From Myxococcota bacterium (GTDB lineage Bacteria; Myxococcota; UBA4151): a DNA stretch of 33,388 bases. The DNA lies in assembly GCA_040260805.1 (NCBI GenBank), contig JBDQPD010000034.1, forward strand, positions 1 to 33,388, written 5' to 3'. A program made the translations under genes and the position numbers. Shown here piece by piece: positions 26,664 through 33,388 of this stretch. Every line of letters begins with the position of its first letter. Position 1 is the first letter of the stretch. The notes beneath the pieces were generated by a model. That model was not told where the DNA came from. It saw only the letters and a list, made by a program, of their open reading frames with translations, and made no database searches.

Positions 26664-28220
26664 TCAGTCCGAATCCGAATCCGAACCAAAGCCCTCCTTG
26701 AGCCGCTCAATTTCATCGAGGATCAAACGCTCGGCGAGCTCCGGTACAAGCTCTCGAATCATCGCCTCGACCGTGTCGCGCATCTCGGAGCGCAGAGCGA
26801 TCCATTGCTCAGGTGTTAGCGCCGCTGGTCCGGATGGCTCGGGCGGCTCACTCGCTGGATCAAAATCGACAGCGGCGACCTCGGGCACAGGCTCACTACC
26901 TTGCCCATTCATTCCGGACTCTTCCTCGACCAATCCTGCGGCTTCTTCGAGTGCATTGAGTGCAGCGATCATCGACGCATTGGTCTGTTCGGATTCGTGC
27001 AGATCCTCAGACTCTTCATGCTCATGGAACTCACCGGTGCCTGCGTCTTCCCATCGCGGTGGTTCCGAATCATCGAGCGCTTCTGCATCGACGTCGTCAA
27101 CCATCGGTGGGACCTCGCCAGTATCGTCAGGAACAAACTGGCTGGCGTCATCCTCGACAGGTAGAGCGGCCAACACCCCATCCTCCTCGACCATTTCCTC
27201 GTCAAGCCATTCGGGCTCTGGTTCGGGCTCTGGTTCGGGCTCTGGTTCGGGCTCTGGTTCGGGCTCTGGTTCGGGCTCTGGTTCGGGCTCTAGTTCGGGC
27301 TCTGGTTCGGGCTCTAGTTCGGGCTCTGGTTCGGGCTCTAGTTCGGGCTCTGGTTCAAGTTCAGGTGGAATCTCGTCAAGTTCACCGGACGGCGGTGTGG
27401 TCAACTCCATCACCTGATCTGCCAAGCCTGGTGCCTGACGAGCCACCTCAGGTGGTATGGTGGCGGAACCTGCGGCGGCATCAATCGCCGGAAGCTCATT
27501 CAAACTCGCCTCGATCGCCGTCAATCCTGCGTCTAGATCACTCGCAATCGATTCGACCTGTGCCTCTAAGTCCCCGATAGGTGGGTAATCCGAATCATCA
27601 CCAATAGGCGGCAAGTCATCGTCAATCGGTGGCAGGTCATCACTTGCCAATTCTGGAGCCTCACCGAGCAGATCTGCAAACTCTTGGGTCGATGGCATGT
27701 CGGCAAAGCCGCTCTCGGCGACTGATGCAGAAAATGGCGAGTCAAGTTCGACGACTTCCGGTGGCGACGTGATCGCTTCAAGACTCGACTCGTTCAATGC
27801 CGTGGGCAGACTTGATTCGTCACCCATCTCCAGGCCTTCGGACGATGGCATCGGCTCAACGGAGGGCGGATCTTGACTGAGTAAACGCTCAACAAGCTGC
27901 CTGAAGTCTCGACTCACCCAAGGCTTACGAACCACCTCGCAAGGTCCCAGACGCCCTTTAATCTCAGGAGCGAGCTCTTTCATCACACTGACCGCAACGA
28001 TGAGGTGAAGCCCTTTTGAGCTCTGGCGCAGACCAGCCACTAAAGCGGGAAGCTGGACATCTAAGTCGGCGCTTGCCAGCACCAAATCCCATGGCCCTTC
28101 AGCTTCATTTGCAGCAAGGGCATCGGTGACCGCAGTGATCTCTGCGAGGTCACTCAGGCTAAGGCGAACCGTCTGATGGACGATACGAGACTGATCAATA
28201 ACGAGAATACGCGCTGACAT
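26664..28220 (-). CDS. romR: RomR-like polarity protein: degenerate receiver domain, acidic/Pro-rich linker and conserved C-terminal helices
   Basis: N-terminal receiver-like region (ILVIDQS...DLVLAS...KPW), long D/E/P-rich linker, and C-terminal [27 protein letters not shown] resembling the RomR C-domain. It sits directly upstream of valS, as romR does in myxobacteria. Confidence 0.72.
   Translation of the reverse strand: MSARILVIDQSRIVHQTVRLSLSDLAEITAVTDALAANEAEGPWDLVLASADLDVQLPALVAGLRQSSKGLHLIVAVSVMKELAPEIKGRLGPCEVVRKPWVSRDFRQLVERLLSQDPPSVEPMPSSEGLEMGDESSLPTALNESSLEAITSPPEVVELDSPFSASVAESGFADMPSTQEFADLLGEAPELASDDLPPIDDDLPPIGDDSDYPPIGDLEAQVESIASDLDAGLTAIEASLNELPAIDAAAGSATIPPEVARQAPGLADQVMELTTPPSGELDEIPPELEPEPELEPEPEPELEPEPEPELEPEPEPEPEPEPEPEPEPEPEPEPEPEWLDEEMVEEDGVLAALPVEDDASQFVPDDTGEVPPMVDDVDAEALDDSEPPRWEDAGTGEFHEHEESEDLHESEQTNASMIAALNALEEAAGLVEEESGMNGQGSEPVPEVAAVDFDPASEPPEPSGPAALTPEQWIALRSEMRDTVEAMIRELVPELAERLILDEIERLKEGFGSDSDSD
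27210..27356. repeat. 12-bp tandem repeat (TTCGGGCTCTGG) x12 encoding (EP)n
   Basis: I counted 12 units plus 3 nt. Units 7, 9 and 11 read TTCGGGCTCTAG, a Pro-to-Leu change on the coding strand. Confidence 0.95.
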
Positions 28221-28258
28221 GGCACCTCAAATTATGCGATGCGCAGAAGCACCGAGTC

Positions 28259-29503
28259 ATGGAAATGCAAACTTTGAGAGCATTTGTCACCCTACTGCCG
28301 ATGATCGCGTGTGCGAGCACGCCGCAGGTGAGCGCGGAATGGGTCCAGATTGCCCAGCGCGCAGGAGACCAAACTGAGGCCCAGCGCAGCCTGCAAAAGC
28401 TTTCTTTGGATCAACCCTTCGAGGCATACCGGCTGGCCAAGCGCCTCAAGCTTTCCCAGCCAATCGATTCAAAACTGGTCACTGCGTTCAAGGAGTTGGC
28501 TCAGGCCGACTCAAACAGAGCACAAGCGCTGGTGACAGCTCACCCTCAGCTCAAGCGAGCCGCCTTTTACAGACTCCTGCAACTCAAAGCATACCCTGCG
28601 GCGCAACGTTTAGCCGATCACGACGCTCAGCGCGCCCTGGCATTTCAGGCTTCAGGGCAAACCGACAGAGCGCTCGCCGCATTGCTCAGTGCAGCAAACG
28701 ACAAACAGCCCCCGCTCTGGGCTGTTCGGTCATGGCGACAGCTGCAGGCGCTCATGCTTCCAGTGAGCAGCGCAGAATCCAAAGTCGCATGGAAAACACT
28801 GACCGAACTGCGTGCTCCATCTGAAGCGCTGCGGCTGATCGCAGCAGCGCCTCAAACCGATTGCCTCGGTCACGTCGTACGCGGTTTGGCGCTTGAAGAG
28901 CTTGGCCGCTCGGCTGCGTCTGCCGAGGCGGCAAGTCAATCGCTCTGTCTGCCAGCGCAAATCCAGCATGCTCGTATCCTGGCACGCCTGCGCCCCGGAG
29001 CAGCGAAAATGCTTCTTGAGCAGCTGGAGCCGCAAGCTCCACTTGACCACAGTTTGTTGCTCGGCATGCGGCAAATCTATGGCGCCGACACGCCGGCTGG
29101 CGATCGAGCCCTTTCGCGCTTGGTTGCGTGGCACCCTCGAGATCACAGAGCGCTTAAAGATCGCCTGACGCAGCTCGAGCGCGCCCAGGCGTGGTCGTTG
29201 GCGCATCAACTTTGCGAGCGCAGTCTCGCAGTTCGTTACTCAGACAACCTTCACTTGCTGTCGCTTCGATACCTGGCGTTGTCAGGTGCGCGAAACAACC
29301 GCCACGCGCAGCACCGGTGGCTCATGTACAGGCTGACTTGGCTGCGGGAGCAGCGCCCTAACCTACAAGCGCTAGCGCAGGTCGATGCGCTGGTGGCGGG
29401 AGCCGATGAAGAAGGCGGCGGCTTAGGCGCCGCTGCGACTCAACTCAAGGCTGATTCAGCAAGCGAGCAAGCGCCGGGTGCTCCAGCCATCGCTGACGAA
29501 TAG
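28259..29503 (+). CDS. Hypothetical lipoprotein, alpha-helical/TPR-like
   Basis: Signal peptide with a lipobox-like MIAC and an Ala/Leu-rich helical sequence. Divergent from the romR-like gene. Confidence 0.6.
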   Translation: MEMQTLRAFVTLLPMIACASTPQVSAEWVQIAQRAGDQTEAQRSLQKLSLDQPFEAYRLAKRLKLSQPIDSKLVTAFKELAQADSNRAQALVTAHPQLKRAAFYRLLQLKAYPAAQRLADHDAQRALAFQASGQTDRALAALLSAANDKQPPLWAVRSWRQLQALMLPVSSAESKVAWKTLTELRAPSEALRLIAAAPQTDCLGHVVRGLALEELGRSAASAEAASQSLCLPAQIQHARILARLRPGAAKMLLEQLEPQAPLDHSLLLGMRQIYGADTPAGDRALSRLVAWHPRDHRALKDRLTQLERAQAWSLAHQLCERSLAVRYSDNLHLLSLRYLALSGARNNRHAQHRWLMYRLTWLREQRPNLQALAQVDALVAGADEEGGGLGAAATQLKADSASEQAPGAPAIADE

Positions 29504-29996
29504 CATCGCTGACCACCCACTGATGTAGATCTACGCTCGGAAACTGATCCGCAGGCACATCATTTAGCCCATACTCTGCAGCACCACGAACGGTCTCATA
29601 GACTCGCACTGCCGTGATCTGAGCCGAGCCGCCACGGCTATCATCATGCCCCTGAAGGATCGCTGAGCAGACCTCGAAACAGGCTTTAGCGATCATCTCT
29701 GCGGTCGGAAGAAACGGGACCAGCAGATGCCGGTCTGGATTCACTCGATCAATCAAGGGCACCAAGTCATCATCTTGGCTCAGCACCACGGCGTGATCAA
29801 AGCCATCCAAGAAGTCTTTGATGCCGCACGCCTCTAAGAGTTTGAAGTCAATGACCATATGCGCCTGGTCTGCAGCTTTCGCCTGCGCCTCGACCTCAAA
29901 GCGGTAAGAGTGTCCATGCAGATGATGACAACGACAAGTATAAGCACCGGGTACCTTGTGTGCGGTCTCCGCTCGAAAGGTTCGCTGAATCTTCAT
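29445..29996 (-). CDS. queD: 6-carboxytetrahydropterin synthase (QueD, long QueD2-like form)
   Basis: AH...CHHLHGHSY, MVIDF, FDHA, PTAE and VYET. RBS GAGGTG. Confidence 0.85.
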   Translation of the reverse strand: MKIQRTFRAETAHKVPGAYTCRCHHLHGHSYRFEVEAQAKAADQAHMVIDFKLLEACGIKDFLDGFDHAVVLSQDDDLVPLIDRVNPDRHLLVPFLPTAEMIAKACFEVCSAILQGHDDSRGGSAQITAVRVYETVRGAAEYGLNDVPADQFPSVDLHQWVVSDAIRQRWLEHPALARLLNQP

Positions 29997-30135
29997 GGTT
30001 CACCTCACGCGCTGTAGCTACCTGGCCATAGGCGCCACCGCCTAGCTTCGCAACCGCGATGCGTTAGAGACGATATTCTACGCTTATTTCAACCACTCAA
30101 GACAGTCCACGCGGCCGACATGGCCTGTTGCGCTT

Positions 30136-30176
30136 TTGAGAATCAATATCACTTTTGTCTTGAAAATGATTCTCAA
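30136..30176. promoter_or_regulatory. Two Fur-box-like 7-1-7 operators
   Basis: TGAGAAT-C-AATATCA (30137-30151) and TGAAAAT-G-ATTCTCA (30161-30175) each differ from TGATAAT-N-ATTATCA at 2 positions. They form an AT-rich patch upstream of bfd-bfr. Confidence 0.8.
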
Positions 30177-30235
30177 CCTAGCTTTCATTACCATGTTGAA
30201 CTGGCGTCAGCCTCGACAGATTTGGCGGTTTGAAG

Positions 30236-30442
30236 ATGCTCATTTGTTTGTGCAAAGCAGTTTCCGACAAAGATGTGCGTCAAGCCATCGGTCGTGGAGC
30301 ATGCTCGGTGCGGGGCATCGCCGAGAGGACAGGGGCTGGTAGTTCATGTGGTTCGTGTAAGATCGACCTGCACGCCTTGCTCAAAGAACGACGGATTGCG
30401 GCGCGATCGGTTGCAGGCGCTCCGAGGAACCGGCAACTCTAG
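30236..30442 (+). CDS. bfd: Bacterioferritin-associated ferredoxin
   Basis: MLICLCKAVSD...GAGSSCGSC, the [2Fe-2S] CxC...CxxC pattern, directly upstream of bfr. Confidence 0.9.
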   Translation: MLICLCKAVSDKDVRQAIGRGACSVRGIAERTGAGSSCGSCKIDLHALLKERRIAARSVAGAPRNRQL

Positions 30443-30477
30443 TACCGAAGCGGCACTCGCCGTGCAGGAGCTAGATC

Positions 30478-30957
30478 ATGCCCAAAGGTAACGCCGAGGT
30501 TATCGAACACCTTAACGCCATTCTCACCGGTGAGCTAACCGCCATCAATCAGTACTTTTTGCACGCGAAAATGTGCCAAAACTGGGGTCTGATGCGGCTG
30601 TTCAAATACCTTCATGCGGAGAGTATTGATGAGATGAAACACGCTGACGTGTTGATTGACCGTATTCTATACCTTGAAGGGGTTCCAAACGTTCAACGTA
30701 TGAACCGAGTTCGCATCGGCGAGACGGTCCCAGAACAGTTTGAGAGCGACATGGCTCTTGAGAAGGAAGCCATCCCTCGACTGCAAGAAGCCATCACCTT
30801 TTGTCGCTCGATCAACGATCAGGGCACCGCGGTGATTCTTGAAGCGATCCTCAGCTCTGAAGAAGAGCACTTGGACTGGATTGAGGCTCAGCAAGACCTG
30901 ATCAGAACGATTGGTCTCGAGAACTACCTCGCCCAGCAAGTGCACGCTCAAGGATAA
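30478..30957 (+). CDS. bfr: Bacterioferritin
   Basis: ELTAINQYFLH, ESIDEMKHAD (haem-ligand Met), RILYLEG.PN, EEEHLDW and IGLENYL. RBS AGGAG. Confidence 0.96.
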   Translation: MPKGNAEVIEHLNAILTGELTAINQYFLHAKMCQNWGLMRLFKYLHAESIDEMKHADVLIDRILYLEGVPNVQRMNRVRIGETVPEQFESDMALEKEAIPRLQEAITFCRSINDQGTAVILEAILSSEEEHLDWIEAQQDLIRTIGLENYLAQQVHAQG

Positions 30958-30959
30958 CC

Positions 30960-31784
30960 TTGCTCTGGCGACAGCGGGTCGGGCTCCCGGACGACTGGAG
31001 CGCACGAAAGCACCGCCTGGCGATCGATGATGGGCAATCCGATCTGGCGATTCAGATCGTCGATTCCCATGACGGCGTCACCCGCGTTTTTTGGGATGAA
31101 CACTCTGATGCGCTAGCGACTTGGACCCCGCTTAGGCGGATCATTCTAAGTCGCATGACCCCTGCGCAAGCTGCAGGGCTTGCTGTGGCGGTAGCCCATC
31201 ACAACTTAATCGGAGTCGGCGGGTACTCACCGGAAGCCGAACACTTTGCACAGGTGTGGACGGATGCCGCTCCCGGGCGCACCAAAACGCTCGGAAATCT
31301 ACTCATACTCCATGATTTACCTAAGCTTTTGGCGCCCAGGCATTGCGCTGGAAAGGCACAAGAGTGCACACGCCGTGACGTTGACTTGGTGTGGAGCTGG
31401 GCGTTGGCTTTTCGTCAGGAGGTGGACGACCGCGCGCCCCGCCCTCAAAAGACCAGCATCGACCGAGGCTTAGCTCGCGGCACCTACTGGTTCTGGACCG
31501 TCGAAGGTCAACCGGTAAGCTACGCAGGACTCCATTGGCCGAGCGCAAACAGCAGCCGAATTGGGCCAGTCTATACCCCCAACGAGCTGCGAGGGTCAGG
31601 CTATGCTTCAGCCTTGGTTCATCACTTAGCCAAGCGGGGCAGCGCCAACAGTCGGTGCACGTTGTTCACTGACCAGAAGAACGCCGTCTCAAACAAGATT
31701 TACCAAGCCCTCGGATTCCGTCCCGGACCTGCGTTTCAAGAGTGGGACTTCACCGCTAGCGCTGCCGAGCTCGAAGCCGACTAA
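30960..31784 (+). CDS. GNAT family N-acetyltransferase
   Basis: RIGPVYTPNELRGSGYASALV acetyl-CoA motif and LFTD..N..SNKIYQALGF. The TTG start is uncertain. Confidence 0.85.
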   Translation: MLWRQRVGLPDDWSARKHRLAIDDGQSDLAIQIVDSHDGVTRVFWDEHSDALATWTPLRRIILSRMTPAQAAGLAVAVAHHNLIGVGGYSPEAEHFAQVWTDAAPGRTKTLGNLLILHDLPKLLAPRHCAGKAQECTRRDVDLVWSWALAFRQEVDDRAPRPQKTSIDRGLARGTYWFWTVEGQPVSYAGLHWPSANSSRIGPVYTPNELRGSGYASALVHHLAKRGSANSRCTLFTDQKNAVSNKIYQALGFRPGPAFQEWDFTASAAELEAD

Positions 31785-32350
31785 GGTGTCTTCAAGTCCA
31801 AGATCATGCGCACATCCTTTTTGATCGGGTTCATGCTCAATGCGCTGAGAAACCCCGTCATACCCCAGGTGGTCCGGTCGAGCTTGAAGTCTGCTTTGAC
31901 GGACAGCTTTCCTGCTTGCCAGATCACCGTGGCTGGAAAGCTAATCGGCTTGGTAACGCCCATCATCTTGAGTTTTCCAGCCACCTGATAACGGTTCTTC
32001 CCCAAGGGCTTGAGACCTTGAGCGTTAAACACCGCAAGCGGCCATTTCGGCACGTCAAAGAAATCTGAGTTTTTCAGGTGGGCGTCACGTTTCCCGTTGT
32101 CCGTATCAAGGGTCGAGATCTCAACGCGAACCATCACGCTCGCCTTGGTCAAATCACCGCCTGGTATGTTCACCTCGCCGCGCCAACTATCGAACTGACC
32201 GAAGGGGTCGGTCAGTCGGCTAAACGCTTGAAAACGAAGTTTGCCCATGTGCGGGCCAAGCCGAACGACAGCCTGCTCCTGCGCTGACGGGTTCGAGGTA
32301 GCAACGGGCGGGGGCGTTGATGCAAGCAGCAGGCTAAGAACAAAGGACAT
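31781..32350 (-). CDS. YceI family periplasmic lipid/polyisoprenoid-binding protein
   Basis: Signal peptide, LDTDNGKRDAHLKNSDFFDV.KWP...F, GKLKMMGVTKPI and LDRTTWGM. AGGAG lies 5 nt before the ATG at 32350. Confidence 0.88.
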   Translation of the reverse strand: MSFVLSLLLASTPPPVATSNPSAQEQAVVRLGPHMGKLRFQAFSRLTDPFGQFDSWRGEVNIPGGDLTKASVMVRVEISTLDTDNGKRDAHLKNSDFFDVPKWPLAVFNAQGLKPLGKNRYQVAGKLKMMGVTKPISFPATVIWQAGKLSVKADFKLDRTTWGMTGFLSALSMNPIKKDVRMILDLKTP

Positions 32351-32388
32351 AAACACTCCTCGTCAGAACAACGACTGACCAGACCCTA

Positions 32389-33388
32389 CTATTCATCTTG
32401 TCCCTGTGAACAGCAACCGTCTTCATCGGCGTGACTGTGATCGTGATGATGCGTGCCACCGTCAACCCAATGGCTCAGACCCAGCACCATGACCGCAAAA
32501 CCACGGGCACCCTGGCGCCAGACCGAAGCCAGCATCAATAATCCCATAGCGATGAGACTGATCACTTCGACCAAGCTGAGATCGTGGTCGTGCCCGCTGT
32601 GTAAACTGGGGAAGCCCCAATCGATGGATAGACTGTTCACCAAAGCGCCCGCCATCAACGACGAGGTGACCACGGAGACGGCGAAGATAACGGCGATCCG
32701 GCGGCCATGCAATCGAGACAACACCCCTAAGGTCGTCACGTTGGTTGCAGGTCCAGTGATCAAAAACACTAACGCGGCGCCGGGCGAAACGCCTAACCCG
32801 ATCAGCACAGCAACCAGGGGCGTCGCCCCCGAAGCGCAGACATAAATCGGAAGCCCGAGCAGCGCGAATAAGGGCAGCTGAATACTGTTCGGAAGCGATG
32901 CGAGCATGCTCAAGTCAATTTCGACAGCGATCAAGGCGGCCACAGCCACGCCGAAGACCACCCAAGGCATCGTCTCATCGAGCACTTCAACGAAGCCCGT
33001 ATTCCACACCGTGCGCCATGAGCGCTCGCCCGGCGAGGGAGTCGCCGACCCCTTCGCCCCATCCGAGCTAACTTCGATGCGCGATAAGACCAACCCGACC
33101 CCGATGGCGATCAGCGCTGCAGCCGCGACACGAGCGAGCGTGAACGAGCCACCCAAAAGCGGCATCGAGAGAATGATCGCGTCGAGCCCTAGCTCCGGTG
33201 TAGCCACCAAGAAGGCAAACGCAGCAGCGCTTGGAACACCTCGGCGAACCAGGCTGTGATAAAGAGGCAGAACACCACAGCTGCAAATAGGAAGTGGTAA
33301 ACCAAAGAGCATACCGCGCCCGGCTTGGCTCAAGGCAGAGCCGCGCCCGAGCCAAGCCACACCCGCTGCCGGCACATAGGTAAACAAC
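32389..33388 (-). CDS. ArsP/DUF318-type permease, probably a metal transporter (5' end runs off the window)
   Basis: LPICSCGVLP, ATPELG, PIYVCASGATP and GPATN, many TM segments, and a His/Cys-rich C-terminal tail. Confidence 0.85.
   Translation of the reverse strand, partial: LFTYVPAAGVAWLGRGSALSQAGRGMLFGLPLPICSCGVLPLYHSLVRRGVPSAAAFAFLVATPELGLDAIILSMPLLGGSFTLARVAAAALIAIGVGLVLSRIEVSSDGAKGSATPSPGERSWRTVWNTGFVEVLDETMPWVVFGVAVAALIAVEIDLSMLASLPNSIQLPLFALLGLPIYVCASGATPLVAVLIGLGVSPGAALVFLITGPATNVTTLGVLSRLHGRRIAVIFAVSVVTSSLMAGALVNSLSIDWGFPSLHSGHDHDLSLVEVISLIAMGLLMLASVWRQGARGFAVMVLGLSHWVDGGTHHHDHSHADEDGCCSQGQDE

Noticed and set aside
26579..26716. T-box riboswitch, or a 46-aa N-terminal extension of valS
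   Set aside because: There is no T-box consensus and the gap is only 85 nt. The extension overlaps romR, and a good SD supports the GTG at 26578.
27210..27356. Possible CRISPR array
   Set aside because: The units are contiguous 12-mers with no spacers, lie inside a CDS, and no cas genes are present.
26446..27580. Plus-strand ORFs with (SG)n and (RALV)n repeats
   Set aside because: Alternative-frame readings of the 12-bp tandem repeat, antisense to the romR-like gene.
30136..30342. 68-aa ORF starting in the AT-rich patch
   Set aside because: It spans the Fur-like boxes and overlaps bfd out of frame, with no RBS or motif.
1..33388. Mobile elements, prophage, defence systems or RNA genes
   Set aside because: I recognised no integrase, transposase, phage, nuclease, tRNA or rRNA signatures, and saw no obvious compositional island by eye.

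Overview
A gene-dense bacterial chromosomal window. It is most consistent with a Myxococcota/deltaproteobacterial genome, an inference from a RomR-like gene upstream of valS-nadC-birA, a myxosortase-like CPBP protease, an FHA-domain sigma54 activator and a non-flagellar-type SctV. About 31 protein-coding genes can be supported, and two of them (a leuB-like gene and a metal permease) run off the window edges. The housekeeping core is a tightly coupled minus-strand run romR-valS-nadC-birA-orf-coaX-pcnB-orf, plus bolA-grxD and queD/bfd-bfr. I saw no rRNA, tRNA, CRISPR array, integrase or transposase. Points worth follow-up: a lone type III secretion export-gate gene (sctV) paired with an FHA-sigma54 activator, with no other T3SS or flagellar gene in the window; a lone Wzc with a 14-Tyr tail divergent from a myxosortase-like protease; a GT-C-like membrane protein coupled to a multidomain sulfatase-fold enzyme; a RomR-like protein that seems to lack the phospho-acceptor Asp and carries a 12-bp tandem repeat; a SigR/SigH-like ECF/ZAS pair with an exact GGAAT-N18-GTT motif upstream; a hairpin covering the valS ribosome-binding site; and twin Fur-like boxes between a QueD2-like gene and bfd-bfr. 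All family calls come from recognising motifs by eye. No database searches were run.
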